41,666 bases of DNA from Lacisediminihabitans sp. (GTDB lineage: Bacteria; Actinomycetota; Actinomycetes; Actinomycetales; Microbacteriaceae): NCBI GenBank assembly GCA_043758345.1, contig JAYVNU010000123.1:1-41666 (forward strand), written 5' to 3'. This document shows positions 1 through 7,081 of this stretch, piece by piece. The notes below the pieces were generated by a model. It was not told the origin of the DNA. It worked only from the letters and a program-made list of their open reading frames with translations, and did no database searches. How positions within the stretch are numbered: the first letter of the stretch is position 1; every line of letters starts with the position of its first letter. A program made the translations under genes and the position numbers.

Positions 1-64
1 CTATAGCTGGCGACACGCTGGCAATGACTTTGCGCACGGCGGACGGCATCCGTAGTCTCGAACG

Positions 65-349
65 ATGTCCACCGTCGTGCAGCATCTCCCCGGCCAGAAT
101 CGGTACATCTTCGAGAAGGATGGCGAGGAGGTCGGGCTCATCGACTACACGAGGCGCGGCGGTTCGATCGTGCTCACCCACTCCGAGATCGACCCGCAGT
201 TGCGCGGCCACGGCCTCGGTGACCGGATGGTGCAGGAGGTGCTGGAGGAGATCCGCACCGACACCGACCACACGATCGTCGCTGAGTGCCCGTTCGTCGC
301 CGACTGGCTCGAGCGTCATCCGGAGTACCTGGAGTTGCAGGCCCGCTAA
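65..349 (+). CDS. GNAT family N-acetyltransferase (YjdJ / Acetyltransf_CG-like)
   Basis: 94 aa with motifs typical of this small GNAT family (LTHSEIDPQLRGHGLG, IVAECPFVADWLERHPEY). A -10-like TAGTCT (53-58) lies 6 nt before the ATG. Confidence 0.85.
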   Translation: MSTVVQHLPGQNRYIFEKDGEEVGLIDYTRRGGSIVLTHSEIDPQLRGHGLGDRMVQEVLEEIRTDTDHTIVAECPFVADWLERHPEYLELQAR

Positions 350-415
350 CGCTGGTCCCGCTGGTCCATGGGTCGCGAGCCCGTCCGGCTGTTCCTCCCG
401 CCCTCGGTCGGAGGT

Positions 416-444
416 TCCCCGGTTGCACCCTCCCCGGTTGCACC
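416..444. repeat. Two tandem copies of TCCCCGGTTGCACC (15-bp period)
   Basis: Copies read directly at 416-429 and 431-444, next to the palindromic element at 453. Confidence 0.7.
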
Positions 445-452
445 TTCCTTTT

Positions 453-551
453 CATCATTCAGGAGGCGATGGGACGGGAGTGGCGGATGTCTTCTTCCGT
501 GACCACATCCGCCCCGTGCGTAACTCTGGCCCCACGACATCCTGAATGATG
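453..551. repeat. Palindromic REP/MITE-like element, family A (TTCAGGA ends)
   Basis: 12-bp terminal inverted repeats CATCATTCAGGA / TCCTGAATGATG and an internal hairpin GCGGATGT...ACATCCGC. Homologous to the copies at 41180-41283 and 41356-41471. Lies between convergent genes. Confidence 0.8.
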
Positions 552-643
552 CATGCCGCCTGCGCGTTCGACGGTTCGCGCCCGCGACAGTGACGCGGTT
601 GTGGGGGCACGGACAGTCGTCACACGAGAAGCTGCAGGCCCGC

Positions 644-994
644 TCAGGCTCCGTCGTGCGGCCGGCGAGGGCCGTCGAGGTCGATCTGCACGCGTCCGCC
701 ATAGAAGCCGGGCTCGCGGTTGGCTGCCGGGCGCACCGGGTCGCCGGCGACATCCTCCAGTGGGTCACCGGCGATCGGAGCGGGCGCCGGAAGGATCGTC
801 TGACGGTCGAGTTCCATCGCGGCCTCGTGCCGCGCCGGCGCGAAGATCTCGTCGCCGATGCCGATGAGTCCGGCACCGTTACCCGACGATTGGGCCTTGC
901 TCTTTCCGACCAAATCGAATAAGCGGAAGCGCTGGCCGAGGTATCCGAGCACGGCGATGCCGACAACGACCCCGCCGAACACCCACCAGTTCAT
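644..994 (-). CDS. Hypothetical small membrane-anchored protein
   Basis: 116 aa with an N-terminal hydrophobic helix (MNWWVFGGVVVGIAVLGYLG), directly downstream of lplA on the same strand. A -10-like TAACCT lies 6 nt before the ATG. Confidence 0.7.
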   Translation of the reverse strand: MNWWVFGGVVVGIAVLGYLGQRFRLFDLVGKSKAQSSGNGAGLIGIGDEIFAPARHEAAMELDRQTILPAPAPIAGDPLEDVAGDPVRPAANREPGFYGGRVQIDLDGPRRPHDGA

Positions 995-1003
995 TGGTCA
1001 AGG

Positions 1004-2053
1004 TTACGGGACGCGGTACAGCCATTCGTCGGTTCCGAACTTCTCGTGCACCAATTTCTCGGCGTTGGCGAGCTCTTCCGGCGTCACTTCGCTCGGCGTC
1101 GAGCCGTAGAGCCCCGTGAAAGTAGCCTCCATTCGCTGGATGATCTCGGCTCGACTGAGACCGGTCTGGCTCTTCAGCGGGTCGACTCTCTTGTTCGCGC
1201 TCTTCGTACCCTTGTCGCTCATCTTCTCGCGACCGATGCGGAGGACTTCCACCATCCGGTCCCCGTCCATGTCATAGCTCATGGTGACGTGGTGAAGCAC
1301 GGCGCCGGTACCGAGGCGCTTCTGGGCCGCCCCGCCGATTTTTCCGGTCGGGCTCGTAATGTCATTGAGGGGAACGTAGGAGGCGTCGATCCCGAGCGAT
1401 TTGAGCGCGATGATCACCCACTCGTCGAGAAAGGCGTACGAGTCGGCGAACGACATCCCCTGCACGAGGTCGAGCGGCGCGTAGATCGAGTAGGTGATGA
1501 CGGAGCCGGCCTCCATGAACATCGCGCCGCCGCCGCTCACCCGTCGCACGACCTGGAAGTCGTACTTCTCGGCGTTCTCCATATCGACCTCGTTCTTCAC
1601 CGACTGGAAGCTGCCGAGCACGACACCCGGCTGGTTCCACTCCCAGATGCGCAGGGTCGGCTTGCGACGACCCGCGCCGACCTCCTCCGAGAGCACCTGA
1701 TCGAGAGCCATCTGCAGCACCGGCGGATAGGCGGCGCCGTGGATGAGCTGCCAGTCGTAGTCCGTCCAGCTCGCGGCTTTCGAGAGGGCGCGCCGCACCG
1801 TCGTCGCCACCGAATCGGCGGAGAACCCGAGCAGGATCACGTTGGACGGCAGCGACGACTGCACGGCCGCTGCGATGGCCTTCGCCTCACTCGCCGCGGG
1901 AAGTCCGTTCACGGCGGCCTCGATGTCGGCGAGTGCGGAATCCGGTTCGAGGAAGAAATCCCCGGCGAGCTTGAAGTTTGCGATCACGCCGTTCTCGACC
2001 TCGAGATCGACGACGACGAGCTTGCCGCCCGGCACCTTGAATTCTCCGTGCAT
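1004..2053 (-). CDS. lplA: Lipoate-protein ligase A (actinobacterial domain-permuted form)
   Basis: Motifs VVRRVSGGGAMF, NDI and KIGGAAQ of the BPL/LplA catalytic domain. The small domain (MHGEFKVPGGKLV...GDFFLEP) is N-terminal. Start moved to ATG 2053. Confidence 0.88.
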   Translation of the reverse strand: MHGEFKVPGGKLVVVDLEVENGVIANFKLAGDFFLEPDSALADIEAAVNGLPAASEAKAIAAAVQSSLPSNVILLGFSADSVATTVRRALSKAASWTDYDWQLIHGAAYPPVLQMALDQVLSEEVGAGRRKPTLRIWEWNQPGVVLGSFQSVKNEVDMENAEKYDFQVVRRVSGGGAMFMEAGSVITYSIYAPLDLVQGMSFADSYAFLDEWVIIALKSLGIDASYVPLNDITSPTGKIGGAAQKRLGTGAVLHHVTMSYDMDGDRMVEVLRIGREKMSDKGTKSANKRVDPLKSQTGLSRAEIIQRMEATFTGLYGSTPSEVTPEELANAEKLVHEKFGTDEWLYRVP

Positions 2054-2105
2054 GGGGTGCGCCTTCCGTTTCGTCGCCGACGACAAGCCTAGTTGCGGCT
2101 ACGTT

Positions 2106-2290
2106 TCGGGCGGCCGGGTTCGGGCGGCCGGGTTCGGGCGGCCGGGTTCGGGCGGCCGGGTGCAGGCGGCCGGGTTCGGGCGGCCGGGTGCAGGCGTCCG
2201 GGTTTCGGGCGGCCGGGTGCAGGCGGCCGGGTTTCGGGCGGCCGGGTGCAGGCGTCCGGGTTTCGGGCGGCCGGGTTCAGGCGGCCGGGT
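2106..2290. repeat. Tandem repeat of 13 units of 14-15 bp: (T)TCGGGCGGCCGGGT / GCAGGCG(G/T)CCGGGT
   Basis: Units counted directly. The last unit (2277-2290) is the 3' end and stop codon of the hydrolase gene. Confidence 0.9.
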
Positions 2291-3149
2291 GCAGCCGCGA
2301 TACCAGCCAGCCGATGGTGTCGGCGACCACCTCGTCGCGGTTCATTTCGTTGAAGACCTCGTGCCGGGCATCCGTGTAGACGATCAGCTCGACGTCGCTC
2401 AGGCCGCCCCGCTTGAGGTAACTGTCGGCGAGAAGTTCGGCGCTCTTCGTGCCGCCGAAACTGTCATCGCTGCCGATCTGGATCAGCACGGGGAGGTCGT
2501 GCTTCAGTTTCTTCGCCGGACGACCGAGCAGGCGAATGCTGTCGGCGAGACCGAAGAGCTTCATCCCGTTCGCCTTGAAGGTAAGCGGATCGTCGAGAAA
2601 AGCCTGCCCGACGGCGGCGTCACGGCTCAGCCACTCGTACCCGGTGGTGCCGAGATGAGCGTGCTTCTTGGCGAGGTCGCCTCCGTTCATGTGGGCGAGC
2701 GTTCGGTAGGCCGTTCCGGTGAGCACGAGCGCGTCGTAGTCCTCGGGGTGCTTGTTCGCGATGATTTGAGCGATCAGCGAACCCCAGCTGTGCCCGAGGA
2801 AGGCGAGCGGCACGGACGGATTCTCCGAGCGAATGATCTTCGTGAACTCCCTCACGGACCGCACCGTCGAGCGGATGCCGCCCTCCCCGAGTTGTCCGAG
2901 CTTCGTGGCGTCCCCACCGGCCTGCTCAAGACCGGTCTCGCCGTGTCCACGGTGGTCGTCGGCGTAGACCGAGAAGCCGGCGGCTACGAGATCCTGCGCG
3001 AGGTCCTCGTAGCGGGTGGCGTATTCGCCGAGGCCGTGGGCCAACTGCACGACGCCGATCGGGGAGCCCGCTTTCCACTGATAGAAGTGGATGTTGACCC
3101 CGTCCGCATCGACGAACGTGCGATCCTGCCGTGCTGCCGTGAACCGCAT
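2277..3149 (-). CDS. Alpha/beta hydrolase (lysophospholipase / Hydrolase_4 family)
   Basis: Motifs HGLGEY, DHRGHG, nucleophile elbow GHSWGS and ARHEVFNE. RBS GAGGAG lies upstream of ATG 3149. Confidence 0.9.
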   Translation of the reverse strand: MRFTAARQDRTFVDADGVNIHFYQWKAGSPIGVVQLAHGLGEYATRYEDLAQDLVAAGFSVYADDHRGHGETGLEQAGGDATKLGQLGEGGIRSTVRSVREFTKIIRSENPSVPLAFLGHSWGSLIAQIIANKHPEDYDALVLTGTAYRTLAHMNGGDLAKKHAHLGTTGYEWLSRDAAVGQAFLDDPLTFKANGMKLFGLADSIRLLGRPAKKLKHDLPVLIQIGSDDSFGGTKSAELLADSYLKRGGLSDVELIVYTDARHEVFNEMNRDEVVADTIGWLVSRLHPAA

Positions 3150-3227
3150 TGTCGTCTCCTCGTGTCGCCTCCAGCTTATTTGCGCGCTGCGGTTATGCAC
3201 GCGTTGACTCCCCCGCTCGTCCCGTCC

Positions 3228-3305
3228 GAAAACGCAGGAGATTCTCGCTTCTTACAGCAAAAGACGCATGTTTTGTCGCGTGGGGCCAATATCTCCTGCG
3301 TTTTC
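3228..3305. repeat. Palindromic element with 15-bp perfect terminal inverted repeats (family C)
   Basis: GAAAACGCAGGAGAT (3228-3242) / ATCTCCTGCGTTTTC (3291-3305), between divergent genes. Shares a CAGGAG core with families A and B. Confidence 0.75.
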
Positions 3306-3332
3306 AGTGGGGCGGAGGGAGTGCGCACGGGA

Positions 3333-3364
3333 TACTTAGCAACGCTAATGAGCTAGGCTAAGTA
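3333..3364 (+). promoter_or_regulatory. Putative MarR operator pair overlapping the -10 element
   Basis: Adjacent palindromes TTAGC-AAC-GCTAA (3336-3348) and TGAGC-TAG-GCTAA (3349-3361), with outer inverted repeat TACTTAGC / GCTAAGTA. They overlap TAGGCT (3354-3359) just before the marR ATG. Confidence 0.55.
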
Positions 3365-3367
3365 ATT

Positions 3368-3781
3368 ATGACGCGTGACGAGCAGGAACTGAGACTCTCC
3401 ATCCAGAGACTGGCCCGTCGCATCCGCTCCATGCAGGGGGACGAGGATGTGACGGAGGGCCAGCGATCCGTGCTGTTCGCGCTCGCCAATCTCGGGCCGC
3501 AGACCCTCGGATCGCTCAGCGAACACGAGCGCGTCACCCCGCCGAGCATGAATCGCACTGTCAATGCGCTCGTTACAGCCGGGCTCGTCACGAGGGTCAC
3601 TGCCAGCGACGACGCGCGCAAAGTCACGCTCGACCTCTCGCCTGCCGGCCATTCCTTCATCGGGGAGACCCGCCGTCGCCGCGATGCCTGGTTCACGAAA
3701 CGCCTCGCCGAGTTGTCGGACGAGGACCGCCTCGTGCTCGAGCTGGCCGGCCCGATCCTCAGTCACCTGGCCGAACAGTGA
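3368..3781 (+). CDS. MarR family transcriptional regulator
   Basis: 137 aa winged helix-turn-helix (ERVTPPSMNRTVNALVTAGLVTR, DDARKV). Coupled to the MFS gene by a GTGA overlap. Confidence 0.92.
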   Translation: MTRDEQELRLSIQRLARRIRSMQGDEDVTEGQRSVLFALANLGPQTLGSLSEHERVTPPSMNRTVNALVTAGLVTRVTASDDARKVTLDLSPAGHSFIGETRRRRDAWFTKRLAELSDEDRLVLELAGPILSHLAEQ

Positions 3782-5199
3782 GCGCCATGTTCCGGTCGCT
3801 GAGCGGCTACAACTACCGCGTCTGGGCAGGTGGCGCCCTCGTCTCAAACGTCGGGACGTGGATGCAGCGCACCGCCCAGGATTGGGTCGTCCTGACCCAG
3901 CTCACCCACCACGATGCCGCGGCCGTCGGAATCGTCATGGCGCTGCAGTTCGGACCACAGCTTCTGCTGCTCCCGGTCAGCGGACTCGTCGCCGACCGGA
4001 TCAATCAGCGTCATCTGCTGATGGCCACGCAGGCGACGATGGGGGTTCTCGGACTGGCGCTCGGCATCCTCACCGTCACCGGGGTCGTGCAGCTCTGGCA
4101 TGTGTACGTGTTCGCCTTCCTGCTGGGCGTCGCCGCGGCCTTCGACGCACCGGCGCGGCAGACCTTCGTGTCGCAACTGGTGGGCGGACCGAACCTGTCG
4201 AACGCGGTCGCACTGAATTCGGCATCCTTCAGCCTCGCGCGCATGGTCGGCCCGGCCGTCGCCGGGCTCATGACCGCGGCCGTCGGGGCCGGCTGGGTCT
4301 TCCTCATCAATGCCGTCTCGTTCGCCGCCGTGCTGATCTCGCTGAACTTCCTGCACGTCGACGAACTCCAGCCGGCACCGCGCGCGGCCCGCAAGAAAGG
4401 CAATCTCGCGGAGGGGTTCCGCTATGTGAGGTCCCGTCCCGACATCATGGTCATCCTCGTGATGGTCTTCCTGATCGGCACCTTCGGCCTCAACTTCCCG
4501 ATCTTCATCTCCACGATGTCGACGGTGGTCTTCCACCAGGGAGCCGCAGAATTCGGGGTGCTCTCCTCGGTCATGGCCGTCGGCTCCGTGATCGGGGCGC
4601 TGCTCTCCGCGCAACGGGAGAAGCCGCGGCTGAGCTTCCTCTTCATCTCGACCGCCATCTTCGGATTCGGATGCGTCGCGGCCGCCCTCATGCCGTCGTT
4701 CTGGCTCTTCGGCATCGCCCTCGCCTTAATCGGGCTCGCGTCACAGACCCTGATGACCACCGCGAACGGCACTGTGCAATTGTCGACACCGCCGGCGGTG
4801 CGAGGTCGGGTGATGGCGATCTACATGGCGATCTTCATGGGCGGCACCCCGATCGGCGCACCGTTCGTCGGCTGGGTCGCCAACGAATTCGGGCCGCGCT
4901 GGGCGCTCGGAGTCGCGGCCGCCGCAGGCATCGCTGCGGCCCTCGTCGGCGTCTACTACCTGGTGCGCTTCCGCAACCTGCGGGTGCGATTCAGTCCCGG
5001 CGGCGACAGCAGTCCGGCCGATGGGAGTGGCGCTGCGGGGAACAGCGCTGCGGGCAAAGCCGGTGCGGACAAAGGTGGCGTCGGCAAGAGTGGCGTCGCG
5101 ACCAGCCGTCGCCGCCTCACCTGGTCGGTGGATGCTGCGACCCGCCAGCAGATCGCCGAAGTGATCGTGACCGCGGAGGTCTCGTCGCAGAAGGGCTGA
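3778..5199 (+). CDS. MFS transporter (MFS_3 / EntS-like)
   Basis: 473 aa with about 12 hydrophobic segments and motifs VSNVGTWMQ, GLVADRINQRH, FDAPARQTFV and RGRVMAIY. Confidence 0.9.
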   Translation: MSAMFRSLSGYNYRVWAGGALVSNVGTWMQRTAQDWVVLTQLTHHDAAAVGIVMALQFGPQLLLLPVSGLVADRINQRHLLMATQATMGVLGLALGILTVTGVVQLWHVYVFAFLLGVAAAFDAPARQTFVSQLVGGPNLSNAVALNSASFSLARMVGPAVAGLMTAAVGAGWVFLINAVSFAAVLISLNFLHVDELQPAPRAARKKGNLAEGFRYVRSRPDIMVILVMVFLIGTFGLNFPIFISTMSTVVFHQGAAEFGVLSSVMAVGSVIGALLSAQREKPRLSFLFISTAIFGFGCVAAALMPSFWLFGIALALIGLASQTLMTTANGTVQLSTPPAVRGRVMAIYMAIFMGGTPIGAPFVGWVANEFGPRWALGVAAAAGIAAALVGVYYLVRFRNLRVRFSPGGDSSPADGSGAAGNSAAGKAGADKGGVGKSGVATSRRRLTWSVDAATRQQIAEVIVTAEVSSQKG

Positions 5200-5220
5200 C
5201 TCCACCCCCTGTCCACCCCG

Positions 5221-5290
5221 GCGATTGTTCTACTTCGAGACGAATGTTCCTCGGCGCGCACGAACAATTGACCCGAACTAGAACAATTGC
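5221..5290. repeat. 70-bp palindromic element, family D (GCGATTGTTC ends)
   Basis: Imperfect hairpin GCGATTGTTCTA...TAGAACAATTGC between convergent genes. A homologous 70-bp copy lies at 21844-21913. Confidence 0.8.
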
Positions 5291-5306
5291 AGCGGCCCGA
5301 GGCGGG

Positions 5307-6155
5307 TCAGCTCTCGCGGGTGATCTCGACCTTGACGAAGAGTTGCGACTTGAACGGCCCGGCGTAGACGCCCCGGAGCGGCGGAACGTCGTTGTAGTCG
5401 CGCCCCCGCCCGACGGTGACGTGGCGGTCACCGATGTCGATCTGGTTGGTCGGATCGAATCCGCGCCATTCGTCGCCGCAGAACCATTCGACCCAGGCGT
5501 GGGACTCGCCCGCAACCGTCTCGCCGATGTCGGCGTTGGGCTTCGGATGGAGGTAACCGGACACATAGCGCGCCGGGATGCCCACCGCGCGCAGGGCGCC
5601 GATCGCGAGGTGGGCGATATCCTGGCAGACCCCTTTGCGGTGGTCCCAGGCCTCGGTCGCCGTGGTGTGCACCCCCGTGACACCCTGCATGTACTCGACG
5701 CTCTCACCGATCTTCTGGCAGATCTCAAGAGCCGCCTTGCAGGGATTGGATGACGCATCCGCGATCGTCTTCGCGATTGCAGCGACCTCCTTCGGCGGCG
5801 AGGTCAGCTTCGTCTGCTTGCGCTGTTCGACGTATTCAGTCCTGCGCTCCGCGGAGGATGCCAGGTCGGGCCAGGTCACGATGTGGTCGCTGTGATCGCG
5901 CGGACGAACCTCGATGAGGCTCGTCGCCGTCAGCGACAATTCCCGGTGTGGCGTCAAGATCTCGAACGACGAGACACGGCTTCCCCAGTAGTCGACGTAG
6001 GTGTGATGTGCCGACATCGGAAGTATCTCTAAATTGGAATACAACACCAGCTGGCCCTCGCCAGTGGCCGGCAGCATCCGAGCTTCGTTGTAGCTCGCCG
6101 TGACCTCCCCGCCGTAGTTGAAGCCGGTCAGATGCCTGATTCGAAGTCGATTCAC
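5307..6155 (-). CDS. Transglutaminase family protein (Bact_transglu_N plus transglutaminase core)
   Basis: N-terminal RIRHLTGFNY...SYNEARMLP. Catalytic triad motifs GVCQD, SHAWVE and FDPTN, plus YVSGY and GRDYNDVPP. Confidence 0.92.
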   Translation of the reverse strand: MNRLRIRHLTGFNYGGEVTASYNEARMLPATGEGQLVLYSNLEILPMSAHHTYVDYWGSRVSSFEILTPHRELSLTATSLIEVRPRDHSDHIVTWPDLASSAERRTEYVEQRKQTKLTSPPKEVAAIAKTIADASSNPCKAALEICQKIGESVEYMQGVTGVHTTATEAWDHRKGVCQDIAHLAIGALRAVGIPARYVSGYLHPKPNADIGETVAGESHAWVEWFCGDEWRGFDPTNQIDIGDRHVTVGRGRDYNDVPPLRGVYAGPFKSQLFVKVEITRES

Positions 6156-7081
6156 GTGTTCTCTCCGACCCAGCTCGGGGCCGCGTTGGTCGGGAAGTAG
6201 CGCTGCCTGATCGCCTCGGATGCTGCGCTCGTCGCCGCCTGCACGTTGTCCATGTGCAGCGGGAGGTCCTCGAGGATCTCCGCGATCGGCCGGTATTCCA
6301 GCTCGCTGCGGATCTGTCCGAGCAACCGCTGCGCCTGATCGGAGACACCGACGCGATCGGTTCGCGGTTCGATGTCACGCATGCACATCTCCGCGCGACG
6401 CACCGAGAACAGGATGCTGCGCGGGAAGAGCCGGTCGAGTAGCAAAAACTCGGCGGCATTGCGTGCGCTCGGCACTCCGCGATAGGTGCGGAGGTACGCC
6501 TCATAGGCGCCGCAGGAACGGAGGATGGTCGTCCACGACGGACCGCTCGCCTCGGTGAGGGACCGAGTTGCGAGCAGGCGCGCCGTCATGTCGGCGCGTT
6601 CGATGGAGCGCCCGAGGGTAAAGAACTGCCATGCCTCGTCCCGGGATGTCGCGGACTCGATGATCCCGACGGCAAGCGCCGACCGCTCGCGAACCCAGGC
6701 GAAGAATTCGTGCACCTTCTCGCTGGAGATCTTCCGTGGCATCCGCGCACGCGTCGTATTGAGGCACTCCCACAGCTCGCTCGACACGATCTCTCGCGCC
6801 CGCCGGGCATTCTCGCGCGCGGCGCCGAGCGAATAGGCGATAGATGCCGGCTCCGAGCGGTCGATGGCGAGGATGTCGAGGACGCTCTGGCGGGTCAGCA
6901 CCCGATCCTCGGGAATGGTGCTGCCCATCATGCTGAGCAGTGAACGGCAGGCGAGGTCTTCCTCGATCCACGGATCCTCGAGCAAGAGCTGGAGGTGCAC
7001 GTCGAGGATGCGCGCCGTGCCATCGGAGCGCTCGATGTAGCGGCCGATCCAGAAGAGGCTCTCGGCGATGCGGCTCAGCAT
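6152..7081 (-). CDS. Alpha-E domain-containing protein
   Basis: MLSRIAESLFWIGRYIER, ARENAR, LGRSIERAD and FPRSI are the duplicated ER motifs of the alpha-E family. Overlaps both neighbouring genes. Confidence 0.92.
   Translation of the reverse strand: MLSRIAESLFWIGRYIERSDGTARILDVHLQLLLEDPWIEEDLACRSLLSMMGSTIPEDRVLTRQSVLDILAIDRSEPASIAYSLGAARENARRAREIVSSELWECLNTTRARMPRKISSEKVHEFFAWVRERSALAVGIIESATSRDEAWQFFTLGRSIERADMTARLLATRSLTEASGPSWTTILRSCGAYEAYLRTYRGVPSARNAAEFLLLDRLFPRSILFSVRRAEMCMRDIEPRTDRVGVSDQAQRLLGQIRSELEYRPIAEILEDLPLHMDNVQAATSAASEAIRQRYFPTNAAPSWVGENT

Noticed and set aside
1-10. Possible partial family E hairpin (CTATAGCTGG) at the window edge
   Set aside because: Only 8 bases match and the second arm is absent, so it cannot be supported.
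1004-2053. Permuted domain order of LplA as a novelty
   Set aside because: The small-domain-first arrangement is already known for actinobacterial lipoate ligases.
2106-2290. CRISPR array
   Set aside because: Units are contiguous 14-15-mers with no unique spacers, and there are no cas genes in the window.
3564-5753. Long alternative-frame ORFs (e.g. 3564-5753, 1842-3356, 8844-10304, 12676-14385, 28570-30090, 30476-33154, 32245-34398)
   Set aside because: They are Arg/Pro/Gly-rich or antisense shadow ORFs overlapping well-supported genes, as expected in high-GC DNA with few stop codons.
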